A stretch of 64,000 nt of DNA from Flavobacteriaceae bacterium (GCA_016780345.1 JADHLZ010000005.1:175-64174); one strand, 5' to 3'. Counted from the first letter of the stretch, positions 8,029 through 18,277 are shown. Notes: generated from the letters alone by a model not told the origin. Program-made: numbers and translations.

Positions 8029-9960
8029 ATGAAAGACACAAAACAGCCAAAAAATAAACCCAAATTAAGCTCATATTGGATATATGCGATTGTTATTTTA
8101 TTTTTTGCAAGCACTTATTTTGTTGGAGGAGAAAATAATTCTTCTGCATCAAAAAATATTAATATATCTAGTTTCGAAAGGTTTTTAAATAAGGGTGAAA
8201 TTAAAGAAGTTACTGTAATTAATAAAAATCTTGCCCAGGTTACTTTAAATAGAGATGCTTTAAACAGTCCAGATCATAAAAACGCCAATTCAGTAAATTT
8301 TTTAGGTCAAAAAAACATTAATGGTCCTCATTATATTTTTGAAATTGGAGATTTAGAATTATTTCAAAATAAGCTAGAACAAGCTGAAAAAAAAGGAATC
8401 CAGTTTAGTTATAATTTCAAGACTATTGAAAACAAATGGTTTGATGTTCTTCTTAGTTTTCTTCCTCTTTTAATTTTAGTTGGTCTTTGGATTTTCTTTA
8501 TGAGAAGAATGTCTGGAGGAGGAGCTGGAGGAGGGTCTCAAATTTTTAGCATTGGAAAATCAAAGGCTAAATTATTTGATCAAAACAGTAATGTTAAAAT
8601 AACATTTTCAGACGTAGCTGGGCTTGAGGGAGCAAAAGAAGAAGTTCAAGAAATTGTTGATTTTTTAAAAAATCCAACAAAATACACAAAACTAGGTGGT
8701 AAAATTCCCAAAGGTGCCCTTCTTGTTGGTCTTCCAGGAACAGGAAAAACATTATTAGCTAAAGCTGTTGCTGGTGAAGCTAAAGTTCCTTTTTTCTCAT
8801 TATCTGGTTCTGATTTTGTTGAGATGTTTGTAGGTGTTGGTGCATCAAGAGTTAGAGACTTATTTAAGCAAGCAAAAGAAAAATCACCTGCTATTATATT
8901 CATTGATGAAATTGATGCTATAGGTAGAGCTAGAGGAAAGAGTAACATGACAGGAGGAAATGACGAAAGAGAAAATACTTTGAACCAATTATTAACAGAA
9001 ATGGATGGCTTTGGTACTAACACCAATGTTATTGTTTTAGCAGCTACAAATAGAGCTGATGTATTAGATAAAGCCCTCATGAGAGCAGGAAGATTTGATC
9101 GTCAAATATATGTTGATTTACCGGATGTGAGAGAGAGAAAAGAGATTTTTGCAGTTCATTTAAAACCTATCAAAACAATTAAAACATTAGATACTGACTT
9201 TCTAGCTAAACAAACACCTGGTTTCTCAGGTGCTGATATTGCAAATGTTTGTAATGAAGCAGCATTAATAGCAGCTAGAAAATCAAAAAAATCTGTCAAC
9301 AAACAAGATTTTTTAGATGCAGTAGACAGAATTGTTGGTGGGTTAGAAAAGAAAAATAAAATAATAACTGAAAGTGAAAAGAAAACAATAGCATTCCATG
9401 AAGCTGGACATGCTACAGTGAGCTGGTTTTTAGAACATGCTGCTCCTCTAGTGAAAGTTACGATAGTACCAAGAGGACAATCTCTTGGTGCTGCTTGGTA
9501 TTTACCTGAAGAAAGACAGATAGTAAACCCTGAACAAATTCTCGATGAAATGTGTGCTGCCCTTGGAGGCAGAGCTGCTGAAAAAGTGATGTTTAATAAT
9601 ATTTCTACTGGCGCATTAAGTGATTTAGAAAAAGTTACAAAGCAAGCTAGATCTATGGTTACTGTTTATGGACTTAATGACAAAATAGGAAACCTTACTT
9701 TTTATGATTCTAGTGGCCAAAACGATTACGGTTTTACTAAACCGTACAGTGATGTAACAGCACAAGTTATTGATAAAGAAATATCAAATATTATTGAAAC
9801 TCAATATCAAAGAGCTATTAAGCTTTTAAAAAAACATAAATCTAAACTTATAAAACTAGCTAATTTCTTACTTGAAAAGGAAGTCATCTTCAAAGAAGAT
9901 TTAATCAGAATTTATGGAGAAAGACCATTCGGTCTCAAAGATTTAGTAAAGAAAAAATAA
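8029..9960 (+). CDS. ftsH: ATP-dependent zinc metalloprotease FtsH
   Basis: Walker A GLPGTGKT, Walker B IIFIDEID, SRH region, and HEAGHA zinc motif. I prefer the ATG at 8029, just after the rsfS stop, over the TTG-extended ORF start at 8011. Confidence 0.95.
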   Translation: MKDTKQPKNKPKLSSYWIYAIVILFFASTYFVGGENNSSASKNINISSFERFLNKGEIKEVTVINKNLAQVTLNRDALNSPDHKNANSVNFLGQKNINGPHYIFEIGDLELFQNKLEQAEKKGIQFSYNFKTIENKWFDVLLSFLPLLILVGLWIFFMRRMSGGGAGGGSQIFSIGKSKAKLFDQNSNVKITFSDVAGLEGAKEEVQEIVDFLKNPTKYTKLGGKIPKGALLVGLPGTGKTLLAKAVAGEAKVPFFSLSGSDFVEMFVGVGASRVRDLFKQAKEKSPAIIFIDEIDAIGRARGKSNMTGGNDERENTLNQLLTEMDGFGTNTNVIVLAATNRADVLDKALMRAGRFDRQIYVDLPDVRERKEIFAVHLKPIKTIKTLDTDFLAKQTPGFSGADIANVCNEAALIAARKSKKSVNKQDFLDAVDRIVGGLEKKNKIITESEKKTIAFHEAGHATVSWFLEHAAPLVKVTIVPRGQSLGAAWYLPEERQIVNPEQILDEMCAALGGRAAEKVMFNNISTGALSDLEKVTKQARSMVTVYGLNDKIGNLTFYDSSGQNDYGFTKPYSDVTAQVIDKEISNIIETQYQRAIKLLKKHKSKLIKLANFLLEKEVIFKEDLIRIYGERPFGLKDLVKKK

Positions 9961-10031
9961 TTATTTGTAATTATTAACATTTATTATTTAAGTAGTAAGA
10001 TTTTTTATATTTATTGAGGAAATAAAAAGAT

Positions 10032-10643
10032 TTGAAAAAATTAATTAAATCATTTTTTACTAATCCCTCTAAACAGAATCAGGAGGAAGTTGAAACTAGT
10101 AAATATATGCCCAAAAAAGAAGATCCCATTGAGGAAAGATTTTCTTTTAAATTCACTCAAAACGGAGGTAAATTTTTATACTGTGAAGATAAATCAGAAT
10201 GCGATGATTTTTTTTCTAAAATTCTTGAAGAAAACAACTGGAATGATGTAGAAATTTTATGTTACAATGATTCTCTTTTAGATCTTTTCTCAAATAATTC
10301 AGAGCTAATTGTCTCTAAAACTAATCTAAACTCAAAATTTTTTTTAACTACATGTGAATTTCTTATAGCAAAGGATGGTAGCTTACTAATTTGTGCTGAA
10401 CAAATTAAATCTCACAAGGTTAGTGATCTTCCACAAAACTTTGTAGTATTTGCAAAGACTAGTCAATTCACTGAAACTCTTAGTTTAGGCCTTAATGGAA
10501 TTAAAAGCAAGTATCCCAAAAATTTACCAACTAACATCACCACTATTAAAAATTTTAATAGTGATCTTAGTGAAAATAATAATTTTCTCACATATGGAAG
10601 CTCAGCAAAAAATTTATATTTGTTGCTTTTAGAAGATTTTTAA
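10032..10643 (+). CDS. LUD-domain (LutC/YkgG-like) protein
   Basis: 203 aa with a TTG start. Called from its conserved position after ftsH in Flavobacteriia and its general sequence character. Not verified by any motif. Confidence 0.45.
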   Translation: MKKLIKSFFTNPSKQNQEEVETSKYMPKKEDPIEERFSFKFTQNGGKFLYCEDKSECDDFFSKILEENNWNDVEILCYNDSLLDLFSNNSELIVSKTNLNSKFFLTTCEFLIAKDGSLLICAEQIKSHKVSDLPQNFVVFAKTSQFTETLSLGLNGIKSKYPKNLPTNITTIKNFNSDLSENNNFLTYGSSAKNLYLLLLEDF

Positions 10644-10645
10644 TA

Positions 10646-11485
10646 ATGAAAGAATTCTACACAAGATCATTAACTGCATTGGCATATTCAAGTGTCTTGC
10701 TTCTTTCTTTATTTTATAATGAATATCTTTTTTATGGTGTAGGTTTTATCTGTAGTTTAATTCTAGTTTTTGAATTTATTAAACTCGTTTCAAATTATAA
10801 TCATAAATTTTTTTCGAGGGATAATGGCAAGTCATATTTTATATTGTACATGACTTTTCCTCTATATATTTCATTATTTATTTTATCTGAAAATAAAATT
10901 TTTGAATTATTTTTTTTGTCAATAATTATATCTACAAACATAATTTTAGGGATTTCATTAATTAAAAAAAAGTTATTTTCATTTTCAATTTTGAAAAACA
11001 GATTTATTGGTCATTTTTATTTAGTGGGATCATTAGTTATTTTTTTCTCTTTACCTAAGATTTTTGGCGAATATGACCCTTATATTGTATTAGCATTTTT
11101 GTCGTTAATATGGATTTCAGACTCAGCAGCATATGTTTTTGGAGTTACATTTGGAAGAAGACCACTTTTAAAATCGATATCACCCAAAAAAAGTATAGAG
11201 GGCTTTATTGGAGGATTAATTTTTTCAATTATACTTTCAATTGGATTTTTTAATTATTCAATTCTTGAAATTTCACTAAATCAATGGATTATTTTAGGGA
11301 TTTTAACTAGCTGTTTAGGAACACTTGGTGATCTAGTACAGTCCTTGTTTAAAAGAGAAGCTGGTGTTAAAGATAGTGGAATTTTACTTCCTGGACATGG
11401 AGGTTTATATGACAGAATGGATAGTATTATATTTGCCGCACCAATTATATACCTCACACTAATAATTTTTAATTATGTTTCATAA
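10646..11485 (+). CDS. cdsA: Phosphatidate cytidylyltransferase
   Basis: 279 aa polytopic membrane protein with the C-terminal signature SLFKREAGVKDSGILLPGHGGLYDRMDS. Confidence 0.88.
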   Translation: MKEFYTRSLTALAYSSVLLLSLFYNEYLFYGVGFICSLILVFEFIKLVSNYNHKFFSRDNGKSYFILYMTFPLYISLFILSENKIFELFFLSIIISTNIILGISLIKKKLFSFSILKNRFIGHFYLVGSLVIFFSLPKIFGEYDPYIVLAFLSLIWISDSAAYVFGVTFGRRPLLKSISPKKSIEGFIGGLIFSIILSIGFFNYSILEISLNQWIILGILTSCLGTLGDLVQSLFKREAGVKDSGILLPGHGGLYDRMDSIIFAAPIIYLTLIIFNYVS

Positions 11486-12125
11486 AGAAGGATATAATAT
11501 TATTACAATTTCATTTATTTTAGTTGTTTTTACAAACCTTCTTTCCAGAAATTTTATAAATAATTCAACATTAAATTATGCTGTAGGAATTACAACAATT
11601 ATAATTTTACTTTTAATTCTTCAATTTTTCAGAAATCCGAAAAGGATTGCAATAATTGATGATAATATAATTTTATCACCTGTTGATGGAAAAGTTGTCG
11701 CAATTGAAAAAGTTTTTGAAAAAGAATATTTTAATGATGAAAGAATTCAGATTTCTATTTTTATGTCACCAATAAATGTTCATGTTACAAGATATGCATT
11801 AAGTGGAAAAATTAATTTTAGCAAATATCATCCAGGAAAATACTTAGTTGCTTGGCACCCAAAATCTTCAGAAAAAAATGAAAGAACAACTGTGGTTGTA
11901 GAAAATAAAGTTTTTGGAGAGGTTTTATACAGACAAATAGCTGGAGCTTTAGCAAGACGAATTGTAAATTATGCAAAAGTGGGGGATACAGTATTACAAG
12001 GGACAGATGCGGGATTTATAAAATTTGGATCCAGAGTAGATTTATTTCTTCCTTTAGACTCAAAAATTAAAGTTAAAATTGATCAGGTAGTTAAAGGTGC
12101 AGAGGATATAATTGCTTCAAAATAA
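11475..12125 (+). CDS. psd: Phosphatidylserine decarboxylase proenzyme
   Basis: 216 aa with C-terminal FGSRVD self-processing region. Overlaps cdsA by 11 nt. Confidence 0.85.
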   Translation: MFHKEGYNIITISFILVVFTNLLSRNFINNSTLNYAVGITTIIILLLILQFFRNPKRIAIIDDNIILSPVDGKVVAIEKVFEKEYFNDERIQISIFMSPINVHVTRYALSGKINFSKYHPGKYLVAWHPKSSEKNERTTVVVENKVFGEVLYRQIAGALARRIVNYAKVGDTVLQGTDAGFIKFGSRVDLFLPLDSKIKVKIDQVVKGAEDIIASK

Positions 12126-12128
12126 ATG

Positions 12129-14738
12129 CTATTTTTTTAATTTACTCTTTAAAATTTCAATTTTAGATAGAGTATCTTTCTCCTTGTTAAGTTCATTCTC
12201 TAATACATTCTTTGGAGCATTTTCAACAAAACGCTTATTATTAAGCTTGGACTGAATTGACTTTAAAAAATCTAAATTATAGTTTAAATCATTTTCAATT
12301 TTAGAAAAATCTTCAACAGCATTGGAAAAATTATTTACATGAAATTCATTGCTTCCAATTATAAATGAAATTGAATTTTCTGATTTTTTTGAAAAATCTT
12401 CACTTAACTTAGAGTTCGAAAGTTTTAATATTATAGATGAAGATTTTTTGTTGAATTTAACTTTTGAAAATAAAGTTAGATTTTCTTTAAAAGAAATATT
12501 TTTTTCTTTTCTATATTTTCTAATTCCACTAATAAGCTCTTTAATTTTTTCAAAATTGTTTATTACTTTATCATCTGATTCTCTTCTTTCAGGCCAATTT
12601 GAAATTATTAATGGATCTTCTTTATCAGATTTAATTTTTGACCAAATCTCTTCAGAAATAAATGGTACAAAAGGGTGCATAATAGTAACGCACTTTTTGA
12701 AGAATTCTAAAGTACTTTTGTAAGTATTAAAATCTAAAGGTTGCTCAAATCCAGGCTTAACAATTTCTAAATACCATGAACAAAAATCATCCCAAATAAG
12801 TTTGTAAATTGACATTAAAGCATCAGAAATTCTGTATTTTTTAAAATGATTCTCTATTTCATTTAGGGTAAGATTAAATTTATTATCAAACCATTCAATT
12901 GCTGACTTAGAATATTCCGTTTGATCAATATCATTGGAAACTGACCAAGAACTAATTAATCTAAAAGAATTCCAAACTTTATTACAAAAATTCTTTCCTT
13001 GTTGACATAAAGATTCATCAAATAACAAATCATTTCCTGCTGGCGCACTTAATAGTAGGCCAACTCTTACACTATCAGCTCCATAATCTTCGATTAATTT
13101 TATTGCATCAGGTGAATTCCCAAGCTGTTTTGACATTTTTCTTCCTTGTTTGTCTCTCACAAGTCCTGTAAAGTAAACTGAACTAAAAGGCTTTGAATCT
13201 TTGAATTCATAACCTGAAACTATCATTCTAGCAACCCAAAAAAACAATATATCTGGGCCAGTTACCAGATCATTAGTTGGATAATAGTATCTAAAATCAT
13301 CATTGTTAGGATTTCTTATACCATCTAAAACTGAAATTGGCCAAATCCATGATGAAAACCATGTGTCTAAAACGTCTTCTTCTTGAAATAAATCACTTTC
13401 TTGTAGATCTAAGTTGCCTGATTCAATTTTTGCTTTTTCAAGAGCTGAATTAATATTTTCGGCAACTACATATTTATCTTTTTTAACGCCATAATAGTAA
13501 ACCGGTATCTGATGTCCCCACCATAGTTGTCTAGAAATATTCCAATCTCTAACATTTTCCATCCAGTTCTTATATGTATTTTTAAATTTCTTTGGGTAAA
13601 GTTTTATTTCATCATTCATAACTGCATGTAAAGCCGGCTTAGATATCTCTTTCATTTTAAGAAACCATTGCTCTGATAGTTTTGGCTCTATTATACATTT
13701 TGTTCTTTCAGATTTTCCAATATTATTAACATGATCTTTAGTTGATCTTAAAGCACCAATATTTTTTAATTCTTTAGATATTTTATTTCTTACTTCAAAT
13801 CTATCAAGTCCTTTATAGTGCAGTCCAAGTTCATTTAAAGTTGCATCATCATTAAAAATATCTACTATTTCTAAATTATGTTTATCTCCAATTATTTTAT
13901 CATTCTCACTATGAGCAGGTGTTACCTTTAAGCAACCTGTGCCAAAATTTAAATCAACATATTCATCAAATATTATTGGGATTTCTCTTTCAGCAATTGG
14001 TACTAATACTTTATGATTTTTTAGATGAGAATATCTCTTATCATTAGGATTTATTGCTATGGCTGTATCACCAAATATTGTCTCCGGTCTAGTAGTAGCT
14101 ATTGTAATTGATTGATTTGATCCAATAATTTTGTAGTCAATGTAAAATAATTTACTGTAAACTTCCTCATAAACTACTTCCTCATTAGAAAGGGTAGTTT
14201 TAGCTTCTGGATCCCAATTAACCATTCTAAATCCTTTATAAATTAGGTTTTTATTATATAAATCAATAAAAACTTTAATAACAGATTCAGACATATCATC
14301 ATCTAATGTAAACTTTGTCCTATTCCAGTCACAAGAGCAGCCTAATTTTTTAAGTTGTTGTAATATTAAACCTCCATGCTCTTCTGTCCAATTCCAAGCA
14401 TGTTTTATAAATTCATCTCTTGTAAGATCACTTTTATTTATTCCCTTACCCTTTAGTTTGTTGACGACTTTTGCTTCTGTAGCAATTGATGCATGGTCAG
14501 TACCAGGAATCCAACATGCATTAAAACCTTGTAGTCTTGCTTTTCTAATTAAAATATCTTGAATAGTATTGTTAAGCATATGACCCATATGTAAAATACC
14601 TGTAACATTTGGAGGAGGAATTACAATTGTAAACGGAGGTTTTTCATTTGGAGTTGATGAAAAAAAATTATTGTCCATCCAAAACTTGTACCATTTAGAT
14701 TCTAAAGTTTTTGAATCAAAATTTTTTGAAATTTCCAT
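12129..14738 (-). CDS. valS: Valine--tRNA ligase
   Basis: 869 aa class I synthetase with PPNVTGILHMGH (HIGH), KMSKQLGN (KMSKS) and a C-terminal coiled coil. Confidence 0.97.
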   Translation of the reverse strand: MEISKNFDSKTLESKWYKFWMDNNFFSSTPNEKPPFTIVIPPPNVTGILHMGHMLNNTIQDILIRKARLQGFNACWIPGTDHASIATEAKVVNKLKGKGINKSDLTRDEFIKHAWNWTEEHGGLILQQLKKLGCSCDWNRTKFTLDDDMSESVIKVFIDLYNKNLIYKGFRMVNWDPEAKTTLSNEEVVYEEVYSKLFYIDYKIIGSNQSITIATTRPETIFGDTAIAINPNDKRYSHLKNHKVLVPIAEREIPIIFDEYVDLNFGTGCLKVTPAHSENDKIIGDKHNLEIVDIFNDDATLNELGLHYKGLDRFEVRNKISKELKNIGALRSTKDHVNNIGKSERTKCIIEPKLSEQWFLKMKEISKPALHAVMNDEIKLYPKKFKNTYKNWMENVRDWNISRQLWWGHQIPVYYYGVKKDKYVVAENINSALEKAKIESGNLDLQESDLFQEEDVLDTWFSSWIWPISVLDGIRNPNNDDFRYYYPTNDLVTGPDILFFWVARMIVSGYEFKDSKPFSSVYFTGLVRDKQGRKMSKQLGNSPDAIKLIEDYGADSVRVGLLLSAPAGNDLLFDESLCQQGKNFCNKVWNSFRLISSWSVSNDIDQTEYSKSAIEWFDNKFNLTLNEIENHFKKYRISDALMSIYKLIWDDFCSWYLEIVKPGFEQPLDFNTYKSTLEFFKKCVTIMHPFVPFISEEIWSKIKSDKEDPLIISNWPERRESDDKVINNFEKIKELISGIRKYRKEKNISFKENLTLFSKVKFNKKSSSIILKLSNSKLSEDFSKKSENSISFIIGSNEFHVNNFSNAVEDFSKIENDLNYNLDFLKSIQSKLNNKRFVENAPKNVLENELNKEKDTLSKIEILKSKLKK

Positions 14739-14762
14739 ATAATTTATTGGTTTTCAAGAAAA

Positions 14763-14770
14763 CAAAAGTA
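14763..14770 (-). promoter_or_regulatory. -7 promoter box TACTTTTG (minus strand), 24 nt upstream of the valS ATG
   Basis: Plus strand reads CAAAAGTA, an exact TAnnTTTG on the valS strand within the divergent spacer. Confidence 0.4.
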
Positions 14771-14802
14771 ATTAACTAAAAAGGATTATAAAAGGTAAGT
14801 TG

Positions 14803-14810
14803 TATTTTTG
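14803..14810 (+). promoter_or_regulatory. -7 promoter box TATTTTTG, 35 nt upstream of the DUF1573 gene
   Basis: Exact TAnnTTTG in the 107-bp divergent spacer. Confidence 0.4.
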
Positions 14811-14845
14811 TAATATATTTAAATAAGAATTTTAAAATAATAATT

Positions 14846-15262
14846 ATGATTAATAAAATCAAATTCTCGTTTTTTGTTTTTTTTACTATTAATTTTATCT
14901 TCAGTCAAGATAATTTAGCTGAAATTAATTTTAAAAAAACTGTAATTGATTATGGAATTATTGAATATGATGCCGATGGTAGTAGAATTTTTGAGTTTAC
15001 CAACACCGGAAATGCTCCTTTAATTTTTACAAGAATTTTTTCATCATGCGGGTGTACAATCCCAAAAAAACCTGAAGAACCAATTTTACCAGGTAAATCA
15101 GGTGAAATTCAAGTTAATTATGACACTAAAAGAACTGGAATTTTTCAAAAAGCCATAACTGTTATGTCAAATGCAAAAACACCCAATATAATTTTAAGAA
15201 TTAAAGGTGAAGTTCTTCCTAAACTAGATGAAGTAGAGGAAGATGAAAATAAAGACAAATAA
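14846..15262 (+). CDS. DUF1573 domain-containing secreted protein
   Basis: 138 aa with a signal peptide. FEFTNTGNAPLIFTRIFSSCGCTIP is the characteristic DUF1573 core. Confidence 0.8.
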   Translation: MINKIKFSFFVFFTINFIFSQDNLAEINFKKTVIDYGIIEYDADGSRIFEFTNTGNAPLIFTRIFSSCGCTIPKKPEEPILPGKSGEIQVNYDTKRTGIFQKAITVMSNAKTPNIILRIKGEVLPKLDEVEEDENKDK

Positions 15263-15279
15263 ATCATTAAATCTAGCTT

Positions 15280-16293
15280 TTGAAAAATAAAAACATTTCA
15301 CTCAAACCATATAATTCTTTTGGGTTAGAAGTTTTTTCTAACAATTTTTACAGAGCTTCAACTGAAACTGACATATTAAAATTATTGAATAAATTTTCAA
15401 ACTTTGATCCTTATATTCTGGGTGGTGGGTCAAATATTCTTTTTAAAAACAATATTGATAAACCTATAATAAAAATTGAAATAAAAGGAATTGAAATTGA
15501 AAAAGAGATTGATGACGAAATTTATATTTCGGTAGGAGCTGGCGAAAATTGGAGTAATTTTGTTGATTGGTGTGTAAAGAAAAAATATGGAGGAATTGAA
15601 AATTTAAGTTTAATTCCTGGTAATGTTGGAAGCGCACCTATCCAAAACATTGGTGCATATGGAGTCGAACTTGAGTCAGTATTTTACTCTTGTAAAGCTA
15701 TTTCAATTAAAAAAAAAAAAATAAAAATATTTTCAAAAAAAGATTGTCAATTTTCTTATAGAAATTCAATTTTTAAAGAAAAACTAAAAAACAAATACAT
15801 TATTACAAATGTTATTTTCAAATTGACAAAAGTAAATCACAAATTAAATATTAGCTATAAGCCTTTAAAAGAACTTATTGAAAAAGAAAATATTTCAAAA
15901 CCAACAATAAAAAACATATCTAACTTTATAAAAAAAATAAGACAAACTAAACTACCTGATCCTAAGCTAATAGGAAACTGTGGAAGTTTTTTTAAAAATC
16001 CTATCGTTTCAAAAAAAATGTTTAAATCACTTATATTAAAATACTCATCAATGCCATCTTTTAATATCAGCGATAATGAGTTTAAAATTCCTGCTGCATG
16101 GCTAATTGAAAAAAGTGGTTTCAAAGGAGTTGACGAGGGCGAAACCGGAACATATAAAAAACATGCTCTAGTTATTATAAATCATGGAAAAGCAACTGGA
16201 ACAGAAATTTATAATTTTTCACAAAAAATAAAAAAATCTGTTTTAAAAAAATTTAATATATTGTTAGAAGAAGAAGTTAATATATTTGAATAA
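15280..16293 (+). CDS. murB: UDP-N-acetylmuramate dehydrogenase
   Basis: 337 aa with a TTG start. SLKPYNSFGL N-terminus, GGGSNILF FAD-binding motif, and CGSFFKNP. Confidence 0.9.
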   Translation: MKNKNISLKPYNSFGLEVFSNNFYRASTETDILKLLNKFSNFDPYILGGGSNILFKNNIDKPIIKIEIKGIEIEKEIDDEIYISVGAGENWSNFVDWCVKKKYGGIENLSLIPGNVGSAPIQNIGAYGVELESVFYSCKAISIKKKKIKIFSKKDCQFSYRNSIFKEKLKNKYIITNVIFKLTKVNHKLNISYKPLKELIEKENISKPTIKNISNFIKKIRQTKLPDPKLIGNCGSFFKNPIVSKKMFKSLILKYSSMPSFNISDNEFKIPAAWLIEKSGFKGVDEGETGTYKKHALVIINHGKATGTEIYNFSQKIKKSVLKKFNILLEEEVNIFE

Positions 16294-16298
16294 TTAAA

Positions 16299-16496
16299 AT
16301 GTTATTTATTATCACTTTTATCTTAGTTGGTTTAGCTTTTGCTGGAATAGCTATTAAAATTATTGTAAAAAAAAATGGAAAATTTGTAGGCACTTGTGCT
16401 AGTGCTAGCCCTTTTTTAAATAAAGACAACGAACCTTGCGGTATTTGTGGCAAACTTCCTTCTGAAACAGAATGTAAAAATCCCAATATAAATTAA
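16299..16496 (+). CDS. Small membrane protein with a Cys-rich cytoplasmic tail (NqrM/DUF539-like architecture)
   Basis: 65 aa. One N-terminal TM helix, then KKNGK, then a tail with four Cys (GTCAS...PCGICG...TEC). Spacers to both neighbours are 4-5 nt. Confidence 0.5.
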   Translation: MLFIITFILVGLAFAGIAIKIIVKKNGKFVGTCASASPFLNKDNEPCGICGKLPSETECKNPNIN

Positions 16497-16500
16497 ACTC

Positions 16501-17040
16501 TTGTCTGATAAAAACATCATTAACCAGCAGATAGAACTTGCAAAAAAAAACAATCAAAATGCATTTAGTTATTTAATGAATTGTTTTTGGGACGATGTTT
16601 ATAACTACCAATTAAAACATACAGGAAATGAAATTGATTCAGAAGATATTACAATAGAAAGTTTTGCTAAGGCGTTCAATAAAATAAGTACATATGAGTC
16701 TAAATATGAATTTAAAACATGGTTAATTACAATTTCTAAAAACTTACATATTGACAAGATTAGAAAAAACAAAAACAAAATTGATATTAATAAGTTTAAT
16801 GAAAAAATTTCTGTACACGAAAACTCTCCAAATCCAGAGGACAAACTAATAAATGAACAACAATTAATCTCACTAAAATCTAAAATAAATAAACTTAAAC
16901 CCCACTACAAGGAAGTTGTTGAATTAAAATTTTTTAATGAGTTATCATATAAGGAAATATCATTAAAATTAAATCAGCCAATTAGTACTATTAAAGTTAA
17001 AGTTATTAGAGCAAAAAAAATATTAAATCAATTAATTTAA
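16501..17040 (+). CDS. ECF-type RNA polymerase sigma-70 family factor
   Basis: 179 aa with a TTG start. Region 2 (FKTWLITISKNLHIDKIRK) and region 4 HTH (LSYKEISLKLNQPISTIKVKVIRAK). Confidence 0.8.
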   Translation: MSDKNIINQQIELAKKNNQNAFSYLMNCFWDDVYNYQLKHTGNEIDSEDITIESFAKAFNKISTYESKYEFKTWLITISKNLHIDKIRKNKNKIDINKFNEKISVHENSPNPEDKLINEQQLISLKSKINKLKPHYKEVVELKFFNELSYKEISLKLNQPISTIKVKVIRAKKILNQLI

Positions 17041-17043
17041 AAA

Positions 17044-18255
17044 ATGTTTAAACATTTGAAAAAACTTGGTCCAGGTCTTCTTTTTGCTGGAGCAGCAGTT
17101 GGAGTTTCGCATTTAGTTCAATCAACAAGAGCAGGTGCAGATTTTGGGTTCAGCCTAATTTGGGCTCTAATATTAGCCAATATTATTAAATATCCATTTT
17201 TTTTATACGGACCAAAATATACAATGGCAACAGGTGAAACATTACTACATGGATATAAAAAAATGAATACCAATTTTCTAATTGTTTATTTCGTTTTATC
17301 AATTGTTACAATGTTTACAATTCAAACTGCAGTAACTATTGTAACTGCAGGGTTAGCTATTGAGTTATTTGGGATTTCTAATAATATAACTGTATGGTCA
17401 ATAATTATAACAGTTTCATGTGTCTTGATATTAATTATTGGACGTTATAAATTTTTAGATAAACTCATGAAATTTGTGATTATCCTGTTAACCATAAGCA
17501 CCATTTTTGCTGTTTTTTTTGCTGGATTTGATTCTAATAAATCTTTTGAATTTAGTCAAGTTTTTCCTTCAAATGAAGTTGGAATAATATTTCTGGCTGC
17601 TTTTATGGGATGGATGCCTGCTCCACTAGATGTATCAATATGGCAATCAATTTGGACATTAGAAAAAACTAAAAAAGAAAAAGAATTTAAAGTTAAAAAT
17701 GCTTTATTTGACTTTAACACAGGATACATAACCACAATAGTTTTAGGTATTAGCTTCCTCTGTCTAGGTGCATTCGTTATGTTTGAAAGTGGCGAAACCT
17801 TCTCAAACAACGGAGGAGAATTTGCAAAACAACTTATAAACCTTTATACAAGTTCAATTGGAAACGAAGTATTTCTAATCATTGCTATAGCTTCTTTTAC
17901 TACTATGTTTAGCACTACCATCACTTGTTTAGATGCATCTCCAAGAGCAATGAAAATTACATCTGAACTTTTAAATTTTCCAATATTTAAAAGCTATAAT
18001 TTTTGGATAATCACGCTTACAATGGGAACATTATCAATTTTTATTTTTTTTATATCAGAAATGGGAATTTTGGTAAAAATTGCAACAATTTTATCTTTTA
18101 TTACTGCACCGTTTTATGCATATTTTAATTTCAAATTAATTAATAGTAAACATACTCCCAAAAAATTCAGACCATCAAAAAAACTTTATTTTTTAAGTGT
18201 TATTGGATTAATTTTTCTTACATTTTTTAGTGTTTGGTATATTAGTATTTTATAG
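17044..18255 (+). CDS. NRAMP-family divalent metal cation transporter
   Basis: 403 aa with about 11 TM segments. The N-terminal GPGLLFAGAAVGVSHLVQSTRAGA string is typical of Nramp-like transporters. Confidence 0.75.
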   Translation: MFKHLKKLGPGLLFAGAAVGVSHLVQSTRAGADFGFSLIWALILANIIKYPFFLYGPKYTMATGETLLHGYKKMNTNFLIVYFVLSIVTMFTIQTAVTIVTAGLAIELFGISNNITVWSIIITVSCVLILIIGRYKFLDKLMKFVIILLTISTIFAVFFAGFDSNKSFEFSQVFPSNEVGIIFLAAFMGWMPAPLDVSIWQSIWTLEKTKKEKEFKVKNALFDFNTGYITTIVLGISFLCLGAFVMFESGETFSNNGGEFAKQLINLYTSSIGNEVFLIIAIASFTTMFSTTITCLDASPRAMKITSELLNFPIFKSYNFWIITLTMGTLSIFIFFISEMGILVKIATILSFITAPFYAYFNFKLINSKHTPKKFRPSKKLYFLSVIGLIFLTFFSVWYISIL

Positions 18256-18277
18256 CTAAAATTTGATTTACTGTTTG

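Noticed and set aside
8646-9080. 144-aa ORF antisense to ftsH, and the many other 60-133-aa ORFs in the track that lie antisense to or out of frame within larger genes (e.g. 1295-1501, 2488-2800, 12349-12723, 15855-16124, 18301-18702, 27648-27950, 41241-42119, 43013-43875, 47766-48677, 53320-53520, 59488-59694)
   Set aside because: All lie wholly inside well-supported conserved genes and have low-complexity or odd composition with no motifs. They are the kind of shadow ORF expected opposite strongly biased coding sequence.
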